Below, in pieces: positions 28,381 through 43,634 of a stretch of 64,000 nt of DNA (positions are counted from its first letter, which is position 1; every line of letters starts with the position of its first letter). Both the position numbers and the translations under genes were made by a program. The notes under the pieces were generated by a model. It did not search any database. It was not told the origin of the DNA and saw only the letters and a program-made list of their open reading frames with translations. This DNA comes from Chrysomallon squamiferum (Eukaryota > Animalia > Mollusca), in NCBI GenBank assembly GCA_012295275.1, contig CM022674.1:12400001-12464000 (forward strand), given 5' to 3'.

Positions 28381-30875
28381 CCTCCCACTGCTACTATTAA
28401 TAATGATAATGATAAAACAATCATTAATAATTAAAATAGCATTATGGTGATATGAAGAAATGATCTACATACCACCAATTTATTACTACTGCTACTACTA
28501 CTACTAGTACCACTACTACCACTACCACTACTACTAATACTACTGCTATCAAGTTTTAATTGCACATCATTTTATTACTTTTTCAAATGCAGATTTAGAT
28601 TTTGACAAAGAAGAAAGAAGACATACAGATTTAATTTATTACAGTGTTCTTTATCATGTTCAGATTGGGAAAACACCGATAATAATCTGCTCACTGTACT
28701 GAAAAATTGCCATATAATTAAATCTTTTCAATCATGGTGAACTCCATAGCTGTGTAAATATCTTTAAAATCACAAATACCTCATTTGTTTTTGAAGTCAA
28801 CAAAAGGTCATCTATCAAACTGAAGAACATCAGTGTAAAGAATCCATTGTTGTCTGTTGAATTATTTTTATCGGTGGTTTTTGACTTCTGGCTTTGTCGG
28901 CTTTTCATTCTGACTCGGTGGCTAATGGCTTCCCACTTTGCCGGTCTTTGGTTTCTGATTCTAATTCTAAGTGATTTTATTATTATTTATTATTATTATA
29001 TTTTTTTATTTCAGTTTGGAAGTTTTTAAATTATCCTTCCAGTCAATGATTTATGGTAGGCCTGACCATTGGGGACAGAGCAATGATATCCTGTTCAAGT
29101 TTGTTGAGTGGACATGGTCTGTAGGTTGCCATAGTCCTTTTTGGAGTTATTTAGGACTTGAGTTTGAAAGTTAATAATGTGTCTTTAGACTCGGTTATTT
29201 GTGGTCATCCATTTATAGTGGACAATGCAATGATGTCCAGTTGAAATTGTTTGAGTGGACATAGTCCACTGATTTCTGTAAAAATCTTTTATTTACTTCT
29301 TGAGACGTTGAATTTGAAATCTGTGTAAATTGTCCTTTTAGTTAATAATCTGTGGTCATCTTCCAATAGTGGCATAATGTCCATTATTCATTTGAATGGA
29401 CAAAGTCAAATGTTTGTTTTGATGTTCTTTAACTCCTTTTTTTTTTCTTTTCTTTTTTATCCTCTTGTAACCAGAATTAAAAAAATTTCAAATTCACATT
29501 TTTGTTTTCCTCAGTGATTTGTAAATATTCTAACAGAAGTGGAAAGTGTGATGGTGTTCTGTTGTTGATGTTGGAGTGGACACAGTCTGATGGTTGCTGT
29601 AATAACAGAGTAGATGTCCACTGAGTTTTGTACTGCAATGATCCTGTGATGGATGGCTGTTGTCACTGATGTAGAAAGGATTTATAACATTTTGAAAAAC
29701 AACAAAACAAATCCCAAACAAATAAAGACCCTCCCCATACAAGAAAAAAAGCAACAAAAAAAGCAGCAGCAATAAAAACAGTTACAAATGCTATTAATTT
29801 TAAATTATTTACAATTTGGGACCAATAAGCCATACTTTAGAATTAAATCAGATATACTGGTTTGTAAGCAGTTACCATTTTCTTACAAAACAACAACAGC
29901 AGCAGTAATAGTAATTACTATTTTATTTTAAGATGGACGAATGGTTTAGATGTTGGAATGACTGTCTTAGCGAAATAATCATGGTCCTGCTGTAGGATTT
30001 ATGGCCTTATTATGGGATTTATTGTGTTGTTTGTGGGATTGATCATTTTATTACAGTGGTAATGATGTAAATGACAGAAAAATGTGTTTTGGTGAAGAAA
30101 TAATTGTCGCTGTTAGGGAAAACATCTCTAAAATGGAATAATGGTTTGTTTGAGTTGGAATATCATCACTTAATGAAAACAGAATATACAGTCAGGACTG
30201 TTGTGTCCTTAATCTTTAGTTAAATACATTTTCTGGAACAGTTAATTTACTTCATTCACTTTGTGAAAAATAAAGAGAACATGAAGTGGACCAGCTGTTT
30301 CTTGGATGATAAATAAAATAAAACGTTAAGTGATATATTTGTTTGTTTTTTCCTTGGAATGACCAGTAAGATGAACAATTAACTGAATCCTTTGTTTCCA
30401 GAATAACTTCATGATAGTTTTGGAATGAGAAAAATATTGTATCTCTATGATGGAAGTCAGTGGTATATTTTCCTTCATTTAGAAATAATAATTTTGTTTG
30501 AATAAAGATCATTGTGATGGGATAATAGGAACTGAAAAAAAAAAAAAAAAATTGTCTGAGTAAATGATCTGAAGGAATATTTATTTTCATAATATAATAA
30601 TTTAAAAGGAATAATTGTCTATTAAAGGAATACTGAGGAATTTAAATAATATAATAATTTGTTTGAAGGAATAATGATTTCTATGTCTAGAAATGGTCTG
30701 TTTCTTTGAATAATGGTCTGAATAACTGATGTAAGAGAAAAATGATCTCTCAAATGGAGATATAATATAGTCTGTGTTTGATGAAAATAAGACATCAATT
30801 ATTTTTTAAATGTTATTTATTTATTTATTTGCTTATTAATTAATTAATTTATTTATTAATGTTTTGAGCTTGAAA

Positions 30876-30914
<39 letters not shown>

Positions 30915-33900
30915 TAAGCTTCAAAATAAAGTTAATGTCTTTTTAATTTCCATTGACAAAACAAGTCAGTCTTACAATTTGCTCTTATCAGGAAAGGTTA
31001 TGTTTCTTTTACTGTTTGTCTACATAAGGTGTTGATCTCTGGGTCATGACCTCTAGTGACACAAGTTTGTGGGTGAAGAACTTTGGTGAATTTTATCTCT
31101 GTCTGCTTTGTGTGAAAGGTATTCACCATGAAAATTGCTGATCTTCTTCACAATAGTCAGATATTTCATTTGATACGAGATCTTTGATCCATCAGTATGT
31201 CTGTTATTTTGTGTCAAGTAGTTCTGTGGGGTGCTGAATAATATTATGTGGGTGTTTAATAAAAAATAATTTTATATATGTGTGTGATAAAAGATAATTT
31301 GTTTTGAAAATTTGAAAATAATAATGACAGTAACAGCAATAAATGAAACAATTAAAATACATCTACTATTACTACTACTACTACTAAAAAAATAATAATG
31401 ATGATGATGATGATGATGATAATAATAAATAATAGTAATAATACTAACAAATAATAATAATAATAAGTTGATAATAATAACACCAAATGTAAATTGTCAG
31501 TTTAAATAAAGATCTGTTTTATTACTATGTAATTCAGACATACATACATATATACATATGTTTATGAAAATACATGTCACAGATTATCACTGAATGTTAC
31601 AAAGATGAGAGAGAGAGAGAAAAACAGAATGAAAGAAAAAGAAAGAATAAATTAATAAATTATCTAAATAAGTAATAATACAATACATGTAATTAAAACA
31701 TTTGTTTAGTAATGAGTGGGTGTTGGTAAATTGAGATATTCTTCATGAGGGTGTTCAGTAACACACTGTTATCATGATACACTATATTCTGTATATCACA
31801 CACTTGCTCGGGATAGATTTCATGAGGGATTTAGAAACAGACACAAAGCTTTATGTATGTGGCTATGTGATACCCTCTGTTTCAACTAAAATGTTTTATT
31901 AGGAGTCTCATATCGCTGGTTTTACTGAGAAACTTTTTGTAAAAAAAAAAAAAATCTTTTTTTTTGTTATAATTGTGTTGTAAAATCTCTGTGAGTTTTA
32001 GATAGCCTGCATTCTGACATTTTCTTTCTTTCTTTACTGTCCTAATTTTGTAACATAATATGTGACATTTATTTTTATTTGTTTTAAAATGTAGTATGAT
32101 TTTCTTTATGTGGAACCCAGTAAGGCTTTTTGGTTTTATAAAAGAAAAGTGTGTTGCAAAGTGCATCTGAAGTAAAAATTAATCCAAAATTGACTTCTTC
32201 TGCCTGCTAAACTGTTTACAACATCACATTTTTTTTTCTTTATCTCCTTCTTTCTCTCATAATTATTATTTTTTTTTTTTTCTTTCTTTCTTAGTCTGTT
32301 TCTTTCATTACGTGTTTAATTCATTCTACCATCCTGTAATATGCACAAGCTGTATATTCTTTTAGTCTCTCTCTCTGTTATCCTTTTTCTCTTTATCTGT
32401 GTCTTCACTTGTATCTTGTAGCTTCTATTTTGTTTCTCTTCTCATTGCTTTGTCTTCTTAATATTTTTGTTTTAACTGTGTCCCTCGTGTATGTGTCTCT
32501 CTGTCCCTCTCATTCTCTCTTCCTTCCACTCTCACTATCTGTTTCTCGATCTCTCTTTCACATTGTCCCTCTGTGTTTGTGTATCTCTCCATCCCTCCCC
32601 TTCTGTCTTCCTTTAACTCTCTCTTTCTCTCATACTCTTTCTGTCTATCTAATTTTCTCTCTGACACAGATATACTGAACTTCTGAGCTGAATATGAGAA
32701 CCTCTCTTTACAAAGATTACTTTGATTATTTTTCATTTTCAACCCATAAAGATTACATGACCTACATAGCATGTTTTTATAGTTTGTTATAAAACCGGTA
32801 AATCTCTGTGTATAAACTTTTTCTACTGTGTTATCTACAATCTCCCTCTTAAGTTGGAATAAAACTAAAAGAGCCGTGAATTACAAACTTGTATTACACA
32901 TTTAATCTGCTGCTATTTCGTGATCACAGGATCAGATCTGGATTTTGACATATTAAGCTGATAAAGGGATATAACTCAAATGACTTGTGACATCTGAATG
33001 GAACTCTTTTTTTAACTAAGGGAGGCTAATGGTTGGAATCATAAGCTTATTGCCACTTAATCTGAGTATGTGGGATCAAAACTGGATTCTGGACAGATCA
33101 GTAGATTTGAGATAGGGTCTATTTGTCTGGAAATGTTGAAGGGAATTTAGTTTTAATATTTAGTGATGTGAAAATGAAACAAATTTAAATAATAAAGAGA
33201 AAATAACAAAAGAAACATAAAGATGAAGAATAATTGCTTGTCTGTATTTCAGAGAGGTCAAAGATTTTAACTTTAATCCTTTACTGAAATGGAAAAAGAA
33301 AAAAATATATATAAATAAATAAAAAAAAAAAAGAAGGAATAAGCAAATAGCAAATAGCAAAAAAAAAAAAAAAAAATCCCAACAGCATTAATTTTCATGA
33401 GATCAGTATATTTATCCATTTAATAAATTTCTTGATTATATTGAAAAGAATAAAGCTTTAATGTGCAAAATAAATAAGTAATGAAAATAAAATGCAACAA
33501 AGAGGAAAATTAAGAGATAGATCAAAAGTTTATTTATTATGAAATAATATATAACAAATAGCAAGCAATGGATGTTGATGATGATGAGGGTGAAAGACAG
33601 AGCAAGAGAGAGAGAGAGAAAGAAAGAGGAAATGAAGAGGGAATTGGGATGGAAAGTAGTCAGAAGAAAAGACATAAATTTCATGATAAAATATTTAACT
33701 TTTATTACCTAAATTTCCTTTATTTTGCATCCCCAGTTCCATATATCAGATGTCCACAAGACACAATCTTTTATATATATTTTAAAAAAGATATGAATGC
33801 TCTTGTTGCCTCATGAAAAACTTTTAAAGATAGCTTAACACATATATTTTTAAATTAAATGTTTAGACAGACAGCAAATATTAGACTTATCCACCTCTCT

Positions 33901-35484
33901 GACTGCACATATTTATATTTGATTATCAAGTGTTTAAATAAACATGATATATGTATTCACATACATGCCAGGTGAATTACGCTTGGCTTTTCACTTTAAG
34001 CTTACAAAGATAAATTGATGATATACAGTACAGTGCATATTGCATATTTACATAGTATATTGTATATTCAGCTGTATATTAGATAAATACTTTGATGTAT
34101 GTTTATTGTGTATACTGCACATTTTACAATATATTACATAGATAAATTGATGCATGTGCAGTGTGGTGTATATTACACATTTTATTGTATATTACATAGA
34201 TAAACTCATGCATATACAGAATGGTTTATTTTGTACCTTTCACTGAATTTCTATATATATATATATATATACACCTTTGAAACTTACTAAAAAACCAACT
34301 AATTCCATGAAATAAATGGTAGAAGGTGCAATGTTTAGTTTATTGCAGAAGGTGCAATAACAAAACAATGGCAGAGGGTGCAATATAAAATGTATTTCTG
34401 AAAGGTGCAATACAAACCCCAGAGGTTTATTTATATGTGACCTTCTACAACATACATTTGACACAGGTAATCTCAATTGCATCATCAGTTTTGTGACTTA
34501 TCACCCAAATATTTCATAACTCAGATTAACATGTTGCTGCTGTGAATTCTGCCTGATATCAGGGGAAATGAGTGTCAGGTTTCTGATAACACTTCACAAT
34601 TCTCTTACAAATAATCTTCTGATTCACAGGACTCAATTATTACCCTATATAAACTGTTACGGATGCTTGAGGATTTTTCTCATGATTTCAGAATTTCAGA
34701 TCTGTCTAAAATTTCAGTAATAAACTTTTTATCACAGGTTTCAGAATACAGAAGTCTAGAATTCACTTGTGTGGATGAAACTGGGTGGTTTTGTTGTTGT
34801 TGTTATCTTTCTTTATAGCTGGGCTATCTATTTTTGAATTTAATATATTTTTTATTAATTTAGCTGGGCTAATCCATAAAAACTTTCAAAAGATTTAAAA
34901 ACAAAATAAGCAAAATTGCATTATAATTTTAAATTGGAAAGCAAAAAGCAAATAAAATATAACATGGAAGTATGCAGAATATATTTTGACTATTTCTTTA
35001 TTTTAACAAAGTGCATTAAAATATAAAAAAAAGAAAAAAGAAGAAGATATTTTGCCTGCCTGTGTTAGAAACATCAGTAAGACACAGTGACCTAACAAAC
35101 CAATATCTGAGACACAAACGTTTCTTAAACATCTGCTCAGCATTGGGAAGACGGGTAGATGATTTTATCTAAGCTATTACATACTTGACTTATTTGATGA
35201 CTGGCTATTGAAATATTTGTTTACCTTGCAGCTTACATACTGTACTGTCTGCCACTGCCCAGGCAGACTAGTGTTTATTACCAGGTTATTAAGACTGCGT
35301 TCTTGTACACACTGCGTCTGTGACAGATTTATGAGCGTGTAATCTCAGTGTGACTGGCTCTCAAACTGGTTCTGTTGTAGTCTCTTACATGCAGTTACCA
35401 AACTGTTTCTCTTTGAGGTTTTTGATGGACAATTTTTGAAAATGTTGACGTCTTAGGGATGTTTCATTTTTTTTATTTCTCATT

Positions 35485-35539
<55 letters not shown>

Positions 35540-37854
35540 TTACTACTACTACTACTAATATTACTACTACTACTACCACTATTTTTTTCTCCATCATTTT
35601 TTTTTTATTCCAGTCACTCTGTGAATGTTTTATTAAAAACTACGACATATGTTTCTCCATCTATGAGAAGGTGCATATTAAAGTTTCCATACTGCTGAAC
35701 AAAAACACTGACAATAATGCATGACTTTCCTCATTAAAAATCAGCAAAAATAAAATCCAACTTAGCAGATGCAGGTTTCATCTCTTGAATTATTCAAAAC
35801 ATGTTTGACATCTAATAATATATTATTATATGCTGATGTATAACAATAAATGTCAATTCAATGTATTTCTGAAAATTCGATTATAGGTTAATTATAATTA
35901 TATTGGATATATGGTGTTGTAATGACTGATATAATGTATAGTTTTTGTTTAGGATTAAGCCTGTCAGTACATCATGGTATGTATAATTCTATCATTAATT
36001 AATATCATCTGTAAAGAATATAATTATATAACACGTTTTTTAATTTTGAAAGAGACTATAAATAATTATAATATTTCTTTTACCTCTGTTTTCAGTGTAT
36101 ATGCTGTAATGATATACATCTAGAAAAGACAGGATGTTTTTAAAACACGATATTTGTAAAGAATATTTTTTCCTTTATTATGGTTCCTCTTGGGTTTAAG
36201 ATATTTTAAAAAGGCTTTTTGTGAAGACTTTCTTTAATTCTGTATTTTTCTAATAAGGACATAATGAATAATAAGTTCAGGGATTCATTGTGGGTGTGTT
36301 TTTTTGTGTTTTATTGGGGTTTTTAGATATCGTTAGAGACAAGTTTCTTTAATTCAGTACAATTCCAAATAGAATATAATTGCCAAGATATTACTGAAAA
36401 AAAAGAGGAAAAAAAAAAGGAAGATATAACAGTACAAAAATCTCATTCATTCGGCTTCTTATATCTCTTGATTTAATTAATATCCTGAAAGACAGACAGA
36501 GATCAGATCCTGGGACAGGAAGGATAAAAGAAGTCATACTTCTCTTTCACTGTCTTGTACTGATAGCACAATATGGCCAAGATAAGGAAACATGCCTGTA
36601 ATGTATACTAGTACAGACACTTAGAAATGTTATCAGTCACATTCTACCAGGCTTGCTTTTGTATTAGACAGAATAACATGGAGGAGATAGCAAACGAGAC
36701 TATAATCAAACCAGTTAGCAATGTTTTCCATTGTGTTCCATCTGGTTTGGTCTTAAATGTGTTATCTGAGCAAAGAATACATTATTCTGTCTAATGTAAC
36801 AATATCCTCTTTCTCTTAAAATACAAGATTCTGTGCATTATTCTGTATAATTCACCAACAATATATAGATATTTGATGTTGTATTCGATCTGATTTGTCA
36901 TTACATTTGTTAATTGACAAATGAAAATTCATTATTTTGCATAACGTAACAGACCTAGGCTGTTATTCTGATAAGTCACCCCTTTATTGTTATTTAGAAG
37001 ATCCTGAATGCAACTAAACAAAAGTAATTACTAGTTAAATGATTTAAAATATCCTGGACTTTTCTTCGGTAACAGCCTTCCTTTCATGTTAATTAACAGA
37101 TGTCGTACTTGTTTGAATAATAGTTACCCCTTTTCATTAGAGTTAACTAATTTGTGTATTACAGTAGCAATGTTTTTTCATGACATTTAGGACAACTGGC
37201 AGCTTCTGATTATTAGCTACCTCTTATAATAAGATTTAATCTGCCCTGGTTATCATTTTAATAATAGCTCCTTCTTCTCTTGAAGTTTAATGTACCCTGG
37301 ACTGTTAACCTTTCTAACAGATCCTTGACTTTGTTTAAACTACCCTGGATAATGTCTGAATTATAGACAGACATTGGACATTACCCTCTCCTTCTCTTTT
37401 GAGTCTAATTTATTTCAACCTAGGCACCTTATGTTTGCATCAATAACAGTGTTTTGTTTCCATCATTTTCCTTGTTTTTTTCTATTACTTACAATGTTTA
37501 CAATAAACAAAAGGAAATTCTTAGTGCGTTACCGGAGTTATATTGCCTGTTCAGAAGATTGATAGTTTAACTTGCATACAGTTAAAACTGAGCTGTAGCT
37601 TCATTTAGACATGTTTGTAACAGATGGGACCAGTTTGTCAAATCTGTTTTACAATTAGGAGTTGCATCATAAAATCATTAACACAAACATTCCACTTTGA
37701 AACAGTTCCTTGCAGATTTCTATTCTTATTTAGCAATAATGTGTTACAAAAACACTTTAGTAACTGTTACCAATAGGTCAGTACCGAACTGCTACATTAA
37801 CCAGTTACTTACTATTAGTAACTGAAGTTTAGTAATAACCTATCATTAACAATT

Positions 37855-39362
37855 ACTGAAATGCTATACTGGCCAGTCATTGGTTTACTGAAGTGCTGTT
37901 TGACCAGTCATTATGTTACTGAAGTGCTGTATTGACCAGTCATTATGTTACTGAAGTGCTGTATTGACCAGTCATTATGTTACTGAAGTGCTGTATTGAC
38001 CAGTCATTATGTTACTGAAGTGCTGTATTGACCAGTCATTATGTTACTGAAGTGCTGTATTGACCAGTCATTATGTTACTGAAGTGCTGTATTGACCAGT
38101 CATTATGTTACTGAAGTGCTGTATTGACCAGTCATTATGTTACTGAAGTGCTGTATTGACCAGTCATTATTTTACTGAAGTGCTGTATTGACCAGTCATT
38201 ATGTTACTGAAGTGCTGTATTGACCAGTCATTATGTTACTGAAGTGCTGTTTGACCAGTCATTATGTTACTGAAGTGCTGTATTGACCAGTCATTATGTT
38301 ACTGAAGTGCTGTATTGACCAGTCATTATGTTACTGAAGTGCTGTATTGACCAGTCAGTGCTTATGTTACTGAAGTGCTGTATTGACCAGTCATTATGTT
38401 ACTGAAGTGCTGTATTGACCAGTCATTATGTTACTGAAGTGCTGTATTGACCAGTCATTATGTTACTGAAGTGCTGTATTGACCGGTCATTATGTTACTG
38501 AAGTGCTGTATTGACCAGTCATTATTTTACTGAAGTGCTACATTGAGCTATCATTGTTACTGAAGTGCTGTATTGACCAGTCATTATGTTACTGAAGTGC
38601 TGTATTGACCAGTCATTATGTTACTGAAGTGCTGTATTGACCAGTCATTATTTTACTGAAGTGCTGTATTGACCAGTCATTATGTTACTGAAGTGCTGTA
38701 TTGACCAGTCATTATGTTACTGAAGTGCTGTTTGACCAGTCATTATGTTACTGAAGTGCTGTATTGACCAGTCATTATGTTACTGAAGTGCTGTATTGAC
38801 CAGTCATTATGTTACTGAAGTGCTGTATTGACCAGTCATTTGCATTATGTTGAAGTGCTGTATTGACCAGTCATTATGTTACTGAAGTGCTGTATTGACC
38901 AGTCATTATGTTACTGAAGTGCTGTATTGACCAGTCATTATGTTACTGAAGTGCTACATTGCCTATCATTATGTTACTGAAGTGCTGTATTGACCAGTCA
39001 TTATGTTACTGAAGTGCTGTATTGACCAGTCATTATGTTACTGAAGTGCTGTATTGACCGGTCATTATGTTACTGAAGTGCTGTATTGACCAGTCATTAT
39101 TTTACTGAAGTGCTGTATTGACCAGTCATTATGTTACTGAAGTGCTGTATTGACCAGTCATTATGTTACTGAAGTGCTACATTGCCTATCATTATGTTAC
39201 TGAAGTGCTGTATTGACCAGTCATTATGTTACTGAAGTGCTGTATTGACCAGTCATTATGTTACTGAAGTGCTGTATTGACCGGTCATTATGTTACTGAA
39301 GTGCTGTATTGACCAGTCATTATTTTACTGAAGTGCTACATTGAGCTATCATTGTTACTGAA
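37855..39362. repeat. Minisatellite, 32-bp unit GTTACTGAAGTGCTGTATTGACCAGTCATTAT, ~46 copies
   Basis: Highly homogeneous tandem array; tactgaag occurs at 37981, 38013 and onward. Confidence 0.98.
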
Positions 39363-40251
39363 GGTTTATATTGAACTGTAACTTTCTTTGCTTTTGTTTT
39401 TTTTGTATATGTTGAAAATCTGTTTTCCTTATGTTTGTCTTGGTGTTTGTTTTCTTGCCTGTCTGTCTGTCTGTCTTTGTATATTAACTTTGATATGTAT
39501 TTGTTTTTAAAGGAACACTCTACTGAAATATGAACTCTGGATATTAGAGGTATGCACATCTGCTGCAACTAATGTTATATGTGTCTTCCATACGTAATTT
39601 TAGAAGTAATAAACAGTAATGTTTTATTTCAAGAAGGCAGACATTCTGTGTCAGATGCAGCAACTAAATGTCAGCTGGACTGGCATCACAGCTGTTGTCT
39701 GCACATAATAACAGAAAATAATAAGTAGTATTTTTCCACTTTCTTTTTGTTATTTTTTTTAAAAATTAACATTTTTAAAGAAATATTCAAGTTAATTTCA
39801 GTGTGTCATACTGTGTTTGTACAATTTCTAAAAAAAAATGTTAGTCCTTTTATTTAATTTTTTAATTTTTAATTTTTTGTTATTATTATTTTTTAATTCT
39901 AAATGCCCCACTTTCTCCTCACTTTTTGGATAGTTTCTACCATTTCTTTCTTTTTTCTTTTCTTCTGTTTTTCTTTTTTTTTTTTTTAAAGAAAAATGTT
40001 AATATATGAAAAATGTGTAATCTGTACTGATAATATTGTACAGTTTTGTATTTATTTTAAAATTTATTTTCTTAATCAAACTAGGAAAACAATTAAAAAA
40101 TGTTAAATTTATTTAGAAAACAATTTCTTTTTTTAACCATTAGTATTAGTTTCTTATCAGCTTACTCAGTCCATCTCATTCTTTATTGCATTTTAAACTA
40201 TCCTTTTCATTTTCATTTTGCTCATTAACTATTGTGTGTGTGTGTGTGTGT

Positions 40252-40287
<36 letters not shown>

Positions 40288-43227
40288 CCTTAGTAGTTTA
40301 CATCAAAACAGAGAAAAATCATGGCATGACACCTGTATACAGGTAACATCTGTACCATGGGTTAGAAGTATTTTACCTTGTAAATCACATTCTTATCACC
40401 TGACTTCTATGTTTTATAGCATACCCTTTGTTTTTCTTGTTGTAAAGTATTTATCTTTTGTCTAGTGTTACTGCATAAACAAAACAACACTGACAGAGAT
40501 GTTGATCAAACACATACACTGTGACAGAACAAGGTGAACTTACATCCATATGATACATGTCTTATATACCCACCTCTTTTATACATCTATCTATATATTG
40601 GTTTTTGTACGTGTGTGCATATATATGTATGTGTGAGGTTGATACACATTATCAAACATGCACAGACACACATATGTACATACATAGATACACACATCTA
40701 CACACACCTTCCCACACACACACACACCTTCCCCCACACACACACACACATACACACATACATATATAAACTCACATAAACTCACACATACAGCAATTAA
40801 AGAAGGAGGGAAAGCTAGAGAGAGTGGAAAAGAGAAAGAGACAGAGAAAGTAAGAGAATGAAAGAGAAAGATGGAAAGAAAGAGAAATGAGACATTTTTG
40901 TTCATTTCACCAAAATTAACCATTTTCATAGTGAGTAAATTTCTCAGTTATTTAACACATTAATTTTAAAGACTGGTTTGAACCCAGTACCTGATATTCC
41001 ACATTCCACAGACAAGTCTATTTGTAACAAACTCGGAGCTATGTTTATTTTGAGACTGTGAACTTGTAGTTTCTGTTAACACCTCAGTGCATGCTGCTAG
41101 CAGTGACCAGGTTTGCACAGTTAAAATGATGAAAAGTCATTTGTCTCAAGATGTGTTACAGGAAAACATTCCTTCTTTAGTTACTGTCTTTTCTGACCCT
41201 ACATCATTAGCCTTAAATTTTCACCTATAACTGGCCTTAGATACTCACCTGTAACTCACTATAGATTTTCACCTATAATTAATTTTACATTTCACCTGCA
41301 ATTTGTCTGATATTTTTTATTTGCATTAGGTTCTGACCTATAATTGGCATTAAACATTCATCTTTAATTGATCTTAAATCCCATCTTCAGTTAACTCAAG
41401 GTCTCATTTGCAACTGATGATTGGTCCTCCCCTTATCTACCCTCAGATATTCACCTGTTTTATAATTCATCTTTAATTTGCAATTGGTTTTTCTCATATA
41501 TTTTTGGCCTTAGTCGCCTACCTGTAGGTGACCTTAACTCTTACCTGTAATTGGCCTCAGATGTTCACCTGTAATTGGCCAATAAGCTGACCACAAAGAG
41601 ATAGATTGAGACTTGTTCCAGGTATCATATTACCTGTGTGTCACCTGTCGTTTGTGACAAAGCGTACAATTAGAGTTATTCTCTGTTGTCTGTTGTCAGA
41701 GATAACGCTGAAAAATGAAGCAATTTGAAAAATGTTTTTATATTCTTCACAGATCAGATGTCTGTCTTTGATTGTTTTGTATGTATTAGAGTAAAGGAAA
41801 AATAATAAAATATTTTTTTTATTAAGAGTTTTCTAAAGAACTTGTAAATGTTTGTAATAAATATATTATATATTTTGCTTGGGGAGTATATTATATTATA
41901 TATATTATATAAATTTGTTACAACAGTTACAACTTGAATTATTTTCCAATGATCTGTTTACAACATAATTATAATTTTATTACAAATGACAAATTTGGAC
42001 CATTTTACTTCAGTTTTTTAAATGAATTTATTAACAATAACAGCTTGAACTATTTTCCATTCATTCTTTTCTTAACACCATTATGATTTTGTCATTAGTT
42101 TAAGTTCTATTTTATTGTCTGTTTTAGAAGTGAGGGTATCATATTTGTGTTAAAATTGGACAGCAAGAACAGTTTAACAATTATTATTATTATTATTTTC
42201 TGAAAGATCATTATTTCATCATAATAACAGCAAGTTCTGTTTCACAGTTACCTGATTTTTTAAATCATTTTGTGTGTCATCTGTATAACAGCTAGAATAC
42301 TTTTATTTTTATTTTTTAAATCATTATATATCATCATAATAACAGTAAGAACTCTTTTACAGTGACATATTTTTAGACTAGTATATTTGCCATCACATTA
42401 CATGTCAAAGCTTCAATCATATAACAAGTAGATAAATGGCATTTCCATTGTAACTTCTGTTCTTGTTGGGTTTTTTACCTTTAAATTTTCCAGAATCCTT
42501 TTTTCTATACTAATTTAGTTTTTCCAGTACCAAATTTTCTATGCTATTGCTTAATGTACCAATTTTCGACAATCTTATTCAGTTTTTTTTCCAGTTTTTT
42601 TTCCATACTGGTTTTCATTTTCTCACACTAACTTGAACTTTTTGTTCCTTCCCATATCTGACTTTTCTTCTACCATCCTAAGTTGTACTTCATCACTATT
42701 AACTTAACTTTTCCCATAATCAGCATACACCATGCACAATACTTCCATTATGCCAGTGTACTGGATGCAGTCGGTTACCAGGGAAATATTCTTCCTGCAC
42801 AGACAGACTCTGACTCAGACAACAGGAAAATGAAATGTTGATCTTCCAGGAATGTTTATAAATGCCAGGCTTGATTCCATCAGAAATGCTCACTTCAAAG
42901 ATTTCTGGAATCTGCAAATCTGTGAAAAACCGGAATTGATAATCTGATGAAACCTCAGAGAGTGTCTGTGAATATTAACATAAAATGACCTCTGTGTTCA
43001 CCGAATTAGTTTGTTTTAATATGTCATCCAGTGCACTGAATGGAAGATTAAGTTGTGACCACAGCATTTAGCCAAGCAGTACATACCATGGTTTTATTTT
43101 CTTGTTAACAGTTAATTAATATTTAAATGAAATAACTATTTTATCCTTTTCACATTATTTTATTTATTTTTTATTATCCATAATTATAAATTAAAATATA
43201 CCTGTGTAAATGTTTGCTACACATGTA

Positions 43228-43284
<57 letters not shown>

Positions 43285-43634
43285 ATGAAGTGCTATATGC
43301 TTTATAAAAAAAACACCCACATCCCTTCTAAAAGTCCCATAACCATGTTTCTAAGGTTTTTTATTTTCTTGGTTAATTTGTTTACCAATTTCAAATAATC
43401 CATTATCTAAACATACATATATATATATATATTATTGAACATCCGTGTTCCTTTTAAATGATAGCTTTGAGATACAATTATATATATAGATATATATATA
43501 ATTTCAAAGTTTCAAGAAATGTGTATATCTTCTATAACAGTTTTTAAATTTACACTTTTTAGATTCTATCTATATATACATATATATATATATATATTCT
43601 GGTAGTTTTCATGTTTTTATTTTTGTTATTTCAG

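Noticed and set aside
28200-28450. Poly-Leu and poly-Val/Ala ORFs resembling membrane peptides
   Set aside because: They are translations of a trinucleotide microsatellite.
33568-33816. Acidic/charged ORF MDVDDDEGERQ...
   Set aside because: It is purine-rich low-complexity sequence with no splice signals or recognisable domain.
37855-39362. CRISPR-like regular ~32-bp periodicity (also at 57771-58610)
   Set aside because: The units are head-to-tail with no unique spacers, there are no cas genes, and the context is a eukaryotic intron.
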